This document shows, one piece after another, positions 48,562 to 57,517 of a stretch of DNA of 64,000 nucleotides. The stretch comes from an uncultured Gammaproteobacteria bacterium. GTDB lineage: Bacteria > Patescibacteriota > Patescibacteriia > UBA2591 > UBA6264. Under the pieces are notes generated by a model. That model was not told the DNA's origin, ran no database searches, and saw nothing but the letters and a program-made list of their open reading frames with translations. The DNA lies in the NCBI GenBank assembly GCA_964580825.1, contig CAZOLB010000001.1, positions 3,066 through 67,065 of the forward strand, in the 5' to 3' direction. Position 1 is the first letter of the stretch; each line of letters starts with the position of its first letter. Made by a program: the position numbers and the translations under genes.

Positions 48562-50154
48562 CTAACGACGAGGGCGTGGAGGATTATCTTTTTTAAATTC
48601 TATACCTAATTCCGAGAGTTCAGCAACGCCGCTTGTATTTCTATAAGATGTTCTCATTTGGGGGTTTTTGATTATTGGTTTGACTTCGCCACTTTTTATT
48701 TTTTCCAAACAATCATGACAATAGACCGGTCGGCGTGAGTCTGGCTTAAAAGGCACTTTAGTTTCCTTTTTGCAAGCCGAACATTCGGCCAAATAAAGCC
48801 CTGAAGCCGTAGTGCTTATCCCACTACTCCACTCCCTAATTTCATCTTCAATCTCCTGTCGAGGCCGGGTATAAAGACGGCGAGACGTCTCAATCAACTT
48901 CTGAGGATCCACTACTCTATCTTCTTTTAATTCAAAAGGGGGCATAGTCTTAGCTGAAAAAGGACGGCTAGTAACGCTGTTAACCATTAATTTAATATAA
49001 ATGCGATAGTTGGGTAAATTAACGATATCTTGGGCGGTAAACTCCGGACTAAATTCTTTTTCTAAAAACTCGGCATCGGCTGCGCCAACCCGAAAAGAAA
49101 TCATCGTGCCAACGTTGCCAAAAACCGAATCGCGAACTGTCGAAGACGATTCCGTGCTTAACTGTCCGATATATTGATGAACAATAGTCAAGTTGAGATA
49201 ATATTTTCGCGCTTCAGAAAGAATGCCGGCAAACGACTCAGTCACAAAATTTTGAAATTCGTCAACATACAAATAAAAATCTTTGCGTTCTTTTTCGGGA
49301 ATACGCACTCGCTCCATGGCGGAAAGCTGAATTTTAGTAATCAACATCGCTCCCAACAAAGCCGAATTATCTTCACCGATTCTCCCCTTGGAAACGTTAA
49401 CTAAAAATATCTTTCCTTTATTCATAATGTCGAAAAGGTCGATAGTGCTTTCTTTTTGTCCGACCACATTACGCACTAGAGAGGTGGAAAGAAACTGTCC
49501 GACTTTATTTTGAATCGGCGCGATCGCTTCACTCCTAAAACTGTCTTTCCATTCTTCATATTCATTAATCCAAAACGCTTTAACTACAGGGTCTTTAAGA
49601 TTTTTAACAATCATTTGTCTATATTCTTTATCAACTAATAACCTCGGTATTCCCAAGAGGGTCGTATTCGGCGTATCCAAAAGGGCCAAAATGGCATTAT
49701 TAAGAATATATTCCATTCTCGCTGACCAAACATTAGCCCAAAGTTTAGTAAAAATCCCCATTAAGCCAGAGGCGACTAAATGTTTATATTTTGGGTCGGG
49801 TAGGGCTAAAATATTGAAGCCAGCATGATAATCTGTATCGGCGGGATTAAAATAAATAACGTCTTTTTCTCTTTTTGTGGGTATTTTTTTTAAAATCGAC
49901 TCGACTAATTCGCCATGAGGATCAATGACACAAACCCCCTCGCCATTCATAATATCCTGCAAAATCATATTATGGATAAAAACCGATTTACCAGTACCGG
50001 TTTTACCGACCACGTACATATGTTGGCGCCTATCTTTTCTTTTAATGCCAAAAATTCTTTCGGTGTTGCGAAAGTCCGTTTTGGCTAAATAAATAATATC
50101 TTTATTTTCCTCTCCGGCCCCGAGAGAATTGCTATTTTTATTTTCTTCTGCCAT
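48562..50154 (-). CDS. FtsK/HerA-superfamily P-loop ATPase (coupling-protein/DUF87-like) with C-terminal Cys4 zinc ribbon; paralog 2 of 3
   Basis: Walker A RQHMYVVGKTGTGKSV, then VIDPHGELV. Walker B is FYLYVDEFQNFV, followed by TIVHQYIGQLS. The C-terminus is CSACKKETKVPFKPDSRRPVYCHDCL. It has no TM helix. Confidence 0.7.
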   Translation of the reverse strand: MAEENKNSNSLGAGEENKDIIYLAKTDFRNTERIFGIKRKDRRQHMYVVGKTGTGKSVFIHNMILQDIMNGEGVCVIDPHGELVESILKKIPTKREKDVIYFNPADTDYHAGFNILALPDPKYKHLVASGLMGIFTKLWANVWSARMEYILNNAILALLDTPNTTLLGIPRLLVDKEYRQMIVKNLKDPVVKAFWINEYEEWKDSFRSEAIAPIQNKVGQFLSTSLVRNVVGQKESTIDLFDIMNKGKIFLVNVSKGRIGEDNSALLGAMLITKIQLSAMERVRIPEKERKDFYLYVDEFQNFVTESFAGILSEARKYYLNLTIVHQYIGQLSTESSSTVRDSVFGNVGTMISFRVGAADAEFLEKEFSPEFTAQDIVNLPNYRIYIKLMVNSVTSRPFSAKTMPPFELKEDRVVDPQKLIETSRRLYTRPRQEIEDEIREWSSGISTTASGLYLAECSACKKETKVPFKPDSRRPVYCHDCLEKIKSGEVKPIIKNPQMRTSYRNTSGVAELSELGIEFKKDNPPRPRR

Positions 50155-50295
50155 AGCTAATATTATAACCTCTTTATTTTATTAAGACAACTATTTTATC
50201 GCTTTTAAAAAATAAAAAGGGATTAAACTCCCAAAAAACCGATAACAATATCCGCCAAGTATCATAACAAAATGACATTAAAATTAAAACGATTA

Positions 50296-51759
50296 CTAAA
50301 TGAGAGGTCGGGGATTGTCAGTATCTTTCTTATCTTCTTTACCGCTTTCGCTTGAGCCTTCTTTTTTTTCTTTAATCGCCGCTTTTTCTTGAGCGCTTCG
50401 CAAAATTTGCGCTTCTTCTTCCTCAATTAATTTTTTTGCCGCATCGGCAGAAATACTATACTTGCGTCGAGAAGATTCGATAATTTCCTCTTTATACGAT
50501 GGGTGATTAGGGGACAAGACGCTTAAAGTTTGGGCGGAAAAGGGATCATAGGACTCGCCATTAATCATCAATTTAATATAAAATTCCCTTTTACCCAAAT
50601 TAATCATATCTTTGGCTTTAAAAATCGGGGCCATATCCGATTCCAGCGCTCCCGCATCGTCGCCGCCGACTCGAAAAATAATAATCGTAGCCACATTGCC
50701 CAAAACCGAAGCCTGTACTCGCGGCAAAAGTTGACTCAAATATTGGTGGGCGACTGTCAAACAAATGCCATACTTTCTTGACTCCGACAATAAATTCTCA
50801 AACGTCTCGGTTACCAAATTATGAAACTCATCAACATATAAATATAATGGCTTTCTCTCTTTTTCCGGAATATTCGCCCTTCCCATGCCGGCTTGTTTGA
50901 TTTTAGTGACAAATATCGAGCCAAAGAAACTGGAATTCTCCTCTCCCAACCTACCCTTGGAAAGATTAATAAAAATTATTTTTTCTTGATTCATTAATTT
51001 TTCTAAATCTACCTTATTCTCTTTTTGTCCAAAAATATTCCTCAACATCGGGTCGGCTAAAAATTGTCCGAGTTTATTGACTAAAGGAATAATAGCGTCG
51101 GTATCGAATTTTTCCGACCAATCGGCAAACTCAATCGCCCAAAAACGTTTAACCATATCGTCGGTTATATACTCGACCACTTTCTGGCGATAATTACGGT
51201 CAGTAAGCAGAGAAATCATCCCCCTCATCGTCGCATAAGGATAATCCAGAAGAGCCAAACAGGTAAAACGGAAAACGTGTTCCAGGCGCGGTGTCCAATT
51301 AGCGCCAAATTGTTTTTTTATCACTTCGATTAAACCTTGGGTTAATTGAAATTTGAAGCCTGGATCGACGTTAGATAAAGGATTAAAAGAAACGGGGTGC
51401 TCATTGTCGGAAGGGTCAATTAATACCACGTCGTCAATCCTTTCCTTGGGAATAAAGTCCAAAAGAAGCTCAATAACGTCACCGTGGGGGTCGATAAAAC
51501 AAACTCCCTTGCCATAAGCAATATCCTGACGAACAAGAAGTTCCAAAAGTTTTGATTTTCCCACACCGCTCTTGCCAATAATATAAATATGGCGATCTCG
51601 ATCTTCGCGTTTTATTCCAAAAACAAACAGTTTCTCTTCAAGGGCGGCCACATAATTTGTCCGCCCGATAAAAGAAACGTCTTTTGGATCAACGTTCCCC
51701 AATACCGGCAACTCCGGCGGCGGCGGAGCGTAACGAATAATCTGAATTTTTTCAGCCAT
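50296..51759 (-). CDS. FtsK/HerA-superfamily P-loop ATPase (coupling-protein/DUF87-like); paralog 3 of 3, without zinc ribbon
   Basis: Walker A RHIYIIGKSGVGKSKL, then FIDPHGDVI. Walker B is LYLYVDEFHNLV, followed by TVAHQYLSQL. The C-terminal tail is acidic and K-rich instead of Cys4. It is collinear with paralogs 1 and 2 over about 400 aa. Confidence 0.7.
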   Translation of the reverse strand: MAEKIQIIRYAPPPPELPVLGNVDPKDVSFIGRTNYVAALEEKLFVFGIKREDRDRHIYIIGKSGVGKSKLLELLVRQDIAYGKGVCFIDPHGDVIELLLDFIPKERIDDVVLIDPSDNEHPVSFNPLSNVDPGFKFQLTQGLIEVIKKQFGANWTPRLEHVFRFTCLALLDYPYATMRGMISLLTDRNYRQKVVEYITDDMVKRFWAIEFADWSEKFDTDAIIPLVNKLGQFLADPMLRNIFGQKENKVDLEKLMNQEKIIFINLSKGRLGEENSSFFGSIFVTKIKQAGMGRANIPEKERKPLYLYVDEFHNLVTETFENLLSESRKYGICLTVAHQYLSQLLPRVQASVLGNVATIIIFRVGGDDAGALESDMAPIFKAKDMINLGKREFYIKLMINGESYDPFSAQTLSVLSPNHPSYKEEIIESSRRKYSISADAAKKLIEEEEAQILRSAQEKAAIKEKKEGSSESGKEDKKDTDNPRPLI

Positions 51760-51874
51760 AAGTGCTTTACTAATATGAAAAACTAAAAAATCTTTCTTTC
51801 CATGGTCATAACTTTTATCTCATCTTTTTGTTCTATAAAATTTTTATGTTTTTAAGTATGTGTTTTTTTATTTT

Positions 51875-52531
51875 TTATTTTTCTGGCAAAGCACCCAATT
51901 CTTTTAAAAAATTCTCGAAGGCCATTACCGCTATTTTTGCTTCCGTCTCGCTAACTGCGGAGCCAGAAACATGAACCAAACCATTCCGAAGAATATGGGC
52001 GTCCCAAACGCCATTCAAACTTTTCACGTCAGAAATAACATGCGATAGGCGTTCGGCCATATAATCGCCGGCATATCCCGCTTTTTTTAGAAAATTATCC
52101 ACTAAAGCATCTGCTTCAATAATCGCCAATTTCAAATTGGACGGAGTCGGCAAAGATAATTTATTTTTTACTTTTTGCCATTGGCTTACAAATTTTTTGT
52201 CCACGTAAACAACTTTTTCCCTCTCTTCTTTTAACCAATGGAAAAGTTTAATTTTATGTCTTAATGGCCAAACTTTGGTAAAAACATATAATATGCAAAA
52301 AATCAATAAAATGTCCAAAATAATTATACAAGGACGAGCCGTATATCGCCAAAAAACCAAGAAATTCTGAAACCATTCATATTTTCCCAGGGGAAAATTC
52401 AAAATAGAAGCAATATCGGTCATGAATACCGCGCCAATCGCGATAAAAAACACAATAAATAAAAATATGACATACCACATAAAAATCCGATTAAATAATA
52501 AACCAATAAGATTCTGTTTCTCTCTCCTCAA
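51875..52531 (-). CDS. Hypothetical membrane protein (2-3 N-terminal TM helices plus about 110-aa cytoplasmic domain)
   Basis: Hydrophobic segments IFMWYVIFLFIVFFIAIGAVFM and IIILDILLIFCILYVFTKVW. No recognisable family. It is co-directional with, and 12 nt from, the upstream 442-aa gene, and 115 nt upstream of the ATPase pair. Confidence 0.4.
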   Translation of the reverse strand: MRREKQNLIGLLFNRIFMWYVIFLFIVFFIAIGAVFMTDIASILNFPLGKYEWFQNFLVFWRYTARPCIIILDILLIFCILYVFTKVWPLRHKIKLFHWLKEEREKVVYVDKKFVSQWQKVKNKLSLPTPSNLKLAIIEADALVDNFLKKAGYAGDYMAERLSHVISDVKSLNGVWDAHILRNGLVHVSGSAVSETEAKIAVMAFENFLKELGALPEK

Positions 52532-52542
52532 ATTAAATTCTT

Positions 52543-53871
52543 TTATTGCCCAAATTTTTCTAAGGCTTTTTCTTCGCCAAAAATTGGCAATCCGACTTCC
52601 GGCGCCACTTTACGCCCTTCCAACCTTTGAATATAAGGAGTGACCATTACAGCGCTTGTTGGCGGATGAAAGAGAGTGGCAACCGCCCTTACTGTCAATT
52701 TAACAACTCTTGAATGAAAATTCCAATTTAAAAAATGAGAAGTTAAAATTCGACCCATAAACGTTTCTTCGGGCATTTCTCGTCTCCGATAAAATGATAG
52801 AATCCGCTCTTTACGCAATTTATTGCGGGACTTTGGAAAGATATACGGACTTACCCAAATTTTCGTTCTCGTGCTCATTCTGTGATTCTGCCGAAAAGAA
52901 TTTAAATTAGGCGCAGCATATTGATTAAAAGCTCCAATCAATCCTCGACGGGCATAACTATCAAAAAAAATTGTCTGGGGAGAAATATAAACAAAACGAA
53001 TTAAAGTATCAAAGGCTTGACTGGAAAGATTTTCATCTATTGATTTAATGGCAGCAACCTCCCCCGGGGTGCTTGGTATTTTTTCAATTTTCGATTCTCC
53101 GTCTTTTGTCGTTCCCGTTTTAATTTCTTTTGGTTTTTGCAAATCCCTAATAAACTTTTCCCATCGTTTATTCCAATTGGGTTCAGCCGGCGCGATATTT
53201 ATCTGAATGCCGACCATTTCTCCGTCTCTTACTTCGCCCAAAACTTCCAAAAATGAAGAAATTGGATCAGCCGCTTCTTTTTCTTTCCCCTCAAATTCAT
53301 TATACATTTTAATGGGATAAGCCTCCGGCCGGGCAAGAACTATTTCGCTTCCCCATAAACCAAGGCCTTTTTTTTCTAAATCATTTACATCTTTAGGCAA
53401 AGAAGAAATATAATCTTCCACCTCCACTATCTCTATTTCCGTATAATATGAAAGAAAGGCGGCTTTAACTAAATCCTTTTGTCTTTTTTCCGTTCTAATG
53501 TAGAAATGAATTTTACCGGCAAGACTAACCATTTCAAGGGTAAACCACTTGGTTATTTCTCCTTTCCAATATCTCTCGCTAACATCTTCAGGCCAATTTC
53601 GCAACCCCCAAATCGCCTTTAAAGCTTGCTCCATACTCGCGGGACTCCTTGAAATCTCTCTGGGAATTAATATTTCCATAAGCACGTACTCCCTGCTTCT
53701 TTTATAAAGAGTCTGCCGCCAAAAAAGCCAAATTGAATGATTAATCGGCAATAAAATAATAAAAAGCAAAAACCACCAGGTTTCGCTTAAAAATAAATAA
53801 ATAAAACGCCAGATATCCGTCGGTATGTTTAAAAAAACATCGAATAATTGTTGATGTATTGCCTCGTTCAT
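52543..53871 (-). CDS. Hypothetical membrane-anchored protein (N-terminal TM hairpin plus about 380-aa soluble domain)
   Basis: The TM region is IWRFIYLFLSETWWFLLFIILLPINHSIWLFW. The large soluble region has no motif I can assign. It is the first gene of the co-directional block 53871 to 48562. Confidence 0.4.
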   Translation of the reverse strand: MNEAIHQQLFDVFLNIPTDIWRFIYLFLSETWWFLLFIILLPINHSIWLFWRQTLYKRSREYVLMEILIPREISRSPASMEQALKAIWGLRNWPEDVSERYWKGEITKWFTLEMVSLAGKIHFYIRTEKRQKDLVKAAFLSYYTEIEIVEVEDYISSLPKDVNDLEKKGLGLWGSEIVLARPEAYPIKMYNEFEGKEKEAADPISSFLEVLGEVRDGEMVGIQINIAPAEPNWNKRWEKFIRDLQKPKEIKTGTTKDGESKIEKIPSTPGEVAAIKSIDENLSSQAFDTLIRFVYISPQTIFFDSYARRGLIGAFNQYAAPNLNSFRQNHRMSTRTKIWVSPYIFPKSRNKLRKERILSFYRRREMPEETFMGRILTSHFLNWNFHSRVVKLTVRAVATLFHPPTSAVMVTPYIQRLEGRKVAPEVGLPIFGEEKALEKFGQ

Positions 53872-53991
53872 CTTCGTATTAGGTGCTAAAAATTAAACAC
53901 TTACGACGTAAACTTCGAATCATCAATTATTCTATCACATTTTCCATTTAAAAACCAGAATTAACCCTTATTCTCAATCCTTTTAAAATCA

Positions 53992-55146
53992 TCACAAACC
54001 CTCTTGATTTAATCCTTCCAGCAATTCTTTTTGTTTTTTGGTTATCTTTTTGGGAATTTTAATTTTAATAATAACTATCTGGTCGCCCCGTCCGCGGCTT
54101 AATCCTCTTAAAGATAAATACGGAACTCCTTTTCCTTTTAAACGGATTTCTTGGCCTGAAGATGTGCCAGCGGGAATTTTTAATTCCACTAGCCCATCAA
54201 CTGTTTCTACTTCAACTCTGCCGCCCAAAATGGCTTGAGAAATAGAGATTTCCTTTTCATAAAAAATATCGTTTCCACGACGCTCAAATCTCGGATGAGG
54301 ACGAATTAAAATAGTAACGTATAAATCCCCTCTCGTTCCCCCCTTTTCTCCAACATGGCCCTGTCCGGAAAGCCGAATAGACTGACCCTGATCGATTCCC
54401 GCCGGAATTTTTATTTTTATCTCCGACGATTTGATTTCTTTGCCCGCTCCGCGACACCGACGGCATTCTTTTTCCGGCACTTGGCCTCGCCCTCCGCACC
54501 GAGAACAAACGGTACTGCTCCTAAAACTCCCAAGAAAAGTCGACTGAGTATGGACAATTTGCCCTTTGCCATTACAATTTTTGCAAACGACTAAATTAAC
54601 CCCTTCTTCATAGCCAACCCCTTTACAAACATCACATAACGCGTATTTTTCCAATCTAATATCTTTTTCCACGCCGAAAATCGCCTGCTGAAATTCTATA
54701 TTTAATTTTATCTCTATGTCTTGTCCTCGGCGGGGACGACTTGTTTTTGAAGAACGACCAAAACTTCCATCAAAAAAAGATTCGCCACCGGAAAAAAAAT
54801 CCGCAAAAATATCGCCAAGATTGCCAAATCCAAAATTAAGATCTCTCCCCCCTTCCTCTCTCATCGCCTCAGCCCAATTAGCCCAATCGCCAAAATTATC
54901 AAATCCGCTAAATCCTCCTTGTGCTTGAGCTTGTTCAAAAGCGCTGCCGTACTGATCGTACATTTTTCTTTTTTCCGGGTTGGAAAGAATTTGGTAAGCT
55001 TGATTAATTTCTCTGAATTTTTCCGCATCGCCGCCGCTTTTATCGGGGTGGTATTTCTGGGCTAATTTTCGAAATGCAGTTTTAATCTCGTCAGGAGAAG
55101 CGCTTTTATCAACGCCTAAAACCTGATAATAATCTTTTTCAGCCAT
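53992..55146 (-). CDS. dnaJ: Chaperone DnaJ
   Basis: J-domain (DYYQVLGVDKSASPDEIKTAFRKLAQKYHPDK). A G/F-rich linker and four CxxCxGxG repeats follow. A C-terminal substrate-binding domain is present. Confidence 0.9.
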   Translation of the reverse strand: MAEKDYYQVLGVDKSASPDEIKTAFRKLAQKYHPDKSGGDAEKFREINQAYQILSNPEKRKMYDQYGSAFEQAQAQGGFSGFDNFGDWANWAEAMREEGGRDLNFGFGNLGDIFADFFSGGESFFDGSFGRSSKTSRPRRGQDIEIKLNIEFQQAIFGVEKDIRLEKYALCDVCKGVGYEEGVNLVVCKNCNGKGQIVHTQSTFLGSFRSSTVCSRCGGRGQVPEKECRRCRGAGKEIKSSEIKIKIPAGIDQGQSIRLSGQGHVGEKGGTRGDLYVTILIRPHPRFERRGNDIFYEKEISISQAILGGRVEVETVDGLVELKIPAGTSSGQEIRLKGKGVPYLSLRGLSRGRGDQIVIIKIKIPKKITKKQKELLEGLNQEGL

Positions 55147-55190
55147 AACCGCTAATTGTAATTATAAAATTAATCTAAAAACGAAAGAAG

Positions 55191-55261
55191 CGGGGGCACA
55201 GGGAATCGAACCCCGGACTAAAATTTTGGAGATTCTCGTGATACCACTTCACCATACCCCC
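55191..55261 (-). tRNA. tRNA-Trp (anticodon CCA)
   Basis: Cloverleaf: acceptor GGGGGTA/TGCCCCC, D-arm GTGA…TCAC, anticodon stem AGAAT/ATTTT with loop CTCCAAA, and T-arm CGGGG-TTCGATT-CCCTG. CCA is not encoded. Confidence 0.8.
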
Positions 55262-55268
55262 AATTTTC

Positions 55269-55424
55269 TTATTTCGTTTCTTTATGAAGAGTATGTCTTT
55301 TGCACCAACGGCAATATTTTTTCAACTCCAAGCGATTTTTAATATTCTTTTTATTTTTCCGGGAATAATAATTTATCCGATGGCATTCCGGACACTCAAA
55401 TTTGATTAAATTGTCTTGACTCAT
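55269..55424 (-). CDS. rpmG: 50S ribosomal protein L33 (51 aa; below the ORF-track length cutoff)
   Basis: Manual translation of the minus strand gives [51 protein letters not shown]. This has the L33 Zn-ribbon and the RLELKKYC…HTLHKE signature. It sits between tRNA-Thr and tRNA-Trp. Confidence 0.8.
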   Translation of the reverse strand: MSQDNLIKFECPECHRINYYSRKNKKNIKNRLELKKYCRWCKRHTLHKETK

Positions 55425-55534
55425 AATAGTTAAATTACTTAAATTTCTTATTTCTAAAAAATTAATAAACCTAAAATTTTAATCTTAGAATCTCTAATTT
55501 TAGAGATTAGGACTCCCGCGCTAGCGTGGCTATA

Positions 55535-55610
55535 TGGAGCCGAGGGCGAGAGTCGAACTCGCGACCCACTGTTTACAAAACAGTTGCTCTGGCCACTGAG
55601 CTACCTCGGC
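55535..55610 (-). tRNA. tRNA-Thr (anticodon TGT), CCA encoded
   Basis: Acceptor GCCGAGG/CCTCGGC, D-arm GCTC-AGTGGCCA-GAGC, anticodon stem ACTGT/ACAGT with loop TTTGTAA, and T-arm GCGAG-TTCGACT-CTCGC. The 3' end is TCCA. Confidence 0.85.
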
Positions 55611-55615
55611 CCGCT

Positions 55616-55644
55616 TTTATAACTTAATAACGAATTTTTCTCAA
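55616..55644 (-). promoter_or_regulatory. Candidate sigma-70-type promoter for the tRNA-Thr–rpmG–tRNA-Trp(–dnaJ?) unit
   Basis: The minus strand reads TTGAGA-(17 nt)-TATAAA, ending 6 nt before the tRNA-Thr 5' end. Confidence 0.45.
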
Positions 55645-55905
55645 GTTATCCTCTGTGTATTTCAGTTATTAACTTCCGATACCTTCTCTGAAAAGTCGGG
55701 CTCCGACCGCAATATCGGAAAACTGCCTCGGCGCTAAATATAGTAAGCGGATTCCTCTTTTTAAAATTCCTTAGGCCCTCTGCTCTTATTGCTTAATATT
55801 TTAAACAAAAAATATAAATTCCGCAAGATACTTGACCGACGCAATAAAAAAATGCTATGACTAATAACGGCTGCCCTAAAAAAATAATCTTTTAAAAAAG
55901 ATTTT

Positions 55906-56400
55906 ATGAAATTAGCCATTTTCTCTGATTCCCACGACAATATTCCCAACCTGAAAAAAGCTTTAATTTACTGCCAAAATGAGAACATCGGCGTTATTCT
56001 TCATTGCGGAGACCTTTGCAAAATAGAATCTCTGATTGAATCTTGGCCTAAGAGCTCGGGAATTAAAATGCATTTGGCAGTCGGCAACGCCGATATTCTG
56101 AAAAAATCCGATTATGAATCTTTTTTTCCGTTAAAAATCCATGGTCCGGTCGGAGAATTTACTTTTGAAAACAAAAAAATCGCCTTTACTCATTTTCCAG
56201 ACAAGGCGAAAGAACTCGCTAAACAGCAAAAACACGATTATATTTTCTACGGACACACCCATAAACCCTGGGAAGAAACAGTTGAAAAAACAAAATTGGT
56301 TAATCCCGGAGAGATTGGCGGAATGCCCTATCAGTCAACGTTCGCCGTTCTGGATCTTGAAAAAAATAAATTATCGCTTAAAATATTAGGAGAAATATAA
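55906..56400 (+). CDS. Metallophosphoesterase, YfcE/MJ0936-family
   Basis: DSHDN motif (IFSDSHDNIP), with GD (HCGDL), GNAD and GHTH motifs, arranged as in calcineurin-like phosphoesterases. Confidence 0.75.
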   Translation: MKLAIFSDSHDNIPNLKKALIYCQNENIGVILHCGDLCKIESLIESWPKSSGIKMHLAVGNADILKKSDYESFFPLKIHGPVGEFTFENKKIAFTHFPDKAKELAKQQKHDYIFYGHTHKPWEETVEKTKLVNPGEIGGMPYQSTFAVLDLEKNKLSLKILGEI

Positions 56401-56404
56401 GTAA

Positions 56405-56490
56405 GCCGGGGTGGTGAAACGGTAGACACGCAAGACTTAAAATCTTGTGGACGCAAGTCCATGCGGGTTCGATTCCCGCCCCCGGCACCA
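56405..56490 (+). tRNA. tRNA-Leu (anticodon TAA), long variable arm, CCA encoded
   Basis: Acceptor GCCGGGG/CCCCGGC, anticodon stem CAAGA/TCTTG with loop CTTAAAA, and variable arm TGGACGCAAGTCCAT. The T-arm is GCGGG-TTCGATT-CCCGC and the 3' end is ACCA. Confidence 0.85.
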
Positions 56491-56641
56491 GTATTAAACT
56501 TTCCGATTTTTCGCCAACCGAATTGGCCACGCGAAGCGCGCCATCAGTTCCATTCAAAAAAGGTTCGGATTTCGTCAAACAAACGCACTCTAAAACTAAA
56601 ATTTCAATTTATATAATCGTTCATTTAAAAAAGGAGGAAAA

Positions 56642-57319
56642 ATGTACAAAATTCTTTATGCTTTAATCTACTGGGTCTTCCGACCGCAAACGGCAATGAG
56701 CAAGATCGAAGGGTTGGAAAATTTGCCGAAGAAAGAAGGTTTTATTCTGGCAGCCAATCATCAAAATTCTCATGACCCCTTAATTATGATTGTGGCTTTG
56801 AAAAAATTCTTTTTTAGTTATGTCTGGGCAAAAAAGAAAAAAATGTATTTTATCGGCTCGCTTGATTTAAAAAGACAATGGCTTAGATACAGTTTTATAT
56901 CTTTAATCTTCGGTCTTTTTGAGGAAAGGGTTGGATACTTAACGGCTGATAAAAAGGGTTTAAAAAAAGCGCTCGCCAAGCTTCAAAAAGAAAACATCGT
57001 GGTAATTTTTCCCGAAGGCAGACGAAATATCACTTCAATCTTGAAGCCGGGCAAAAAAGGAGCAGCGGTTTTAGCCCTTCTGTCCGGGAAAAAAATTATT
57101 CCCGTCGGCTGTTTCGGCCCCGCTATCTTCTGGCTCGGACAAATTACCGGATTTTTCAAAAAAAAATGGATAAAATTCGGCAAACCTTTCTGTTTCCCAA
57201 AAGCCGACCAAAAAAAAATCGACCAAGAACCGGAAATTTTAAAACAGGCAACCGCTGAAGTTATGGGAAAAATCTCTCTTGTCTGCGGTAAAAGTCGATA
57301 TGAATCCACAAATCTCTAG
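56642..57319 (+). CDS. plsC: 1-acyl-sn-glycerol-3-phosphate acyltransferase
   Basis: HX4D motif (NHQNSHD) and FPEGRR motif. There is an N-terminal hydrophobic anchor. Confidence 0.8.
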   Translation: MYKILYALIYWVFRPQTAMSKIEGLENLPKKEGFILAANHQNSHDPLIMIVALKKFFFSYVWAKKKKMYFIGSLDLKRQWLRYSFISLIFGLFEERVGYLTADKKGLKKALAKLQKENIVVIFPEGRRNITSILKPGKKGAAVLALLSGKKIIPVGCFGPAIFWLGQITGFFKKKWIKFGKPFCFPKADQKKIDQEPEILKQATAEVMGKISLVCGKSRYESTNL

Positions 57320-57354
57320 GCTCCTATGACCTCGTCAATAGGAGCCATTTTTTC
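57319..57354 (+). terminator. Rho-independent terminator after plsC
   Basis: GGCTCCTAT-(10 nt)-ATAGGAGCC gives a 9-bp stem. It is followed by ATTTTTTCTT. Confidence 0.55.
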
Positions 57355-57383
57355 TTGCCTGAAAAGATCTTAAATGTTAAAAT
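57355..57383 (+). promoter_or_regulatory. Candidate promoter for tRNA-Leu(TAG)
   Basis: TTGCCT-(17 nt)-TAAAAT, with the TSS about 8 nt before the tRNA 5' end. Confidence 0.4.
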
Positions 57384-57391
57384 AAAAACGG

Positions 57392-57474
57392 GCTGGAGTG
57401 GCGGAATTTGGCAGACGCGCATGGTTTAGGACCATGTGGGGAAACCCATGGGAGTTCGATTCTCCCCTCCAGCA
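57392..57474 (+). tRNA. tRNA-Leu (anticodon TAG), long variable arm
   Basis: Acceptor GCTGGAG/CTCCAGC, anticodon stem CATGG/CCATG with loop TTTAGGA, and variable arm TGGGGAAACCCAT. The T-arm is GGGAG-TTCGATT-CTCCC, with discriminator A. CCA is not encoded. Confidence 0.85.
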
Positions 57475-57517
57475 CTCTCGAAAATAAAATAATAATAAAA
57501 ATTACTAAATTAAAAAA

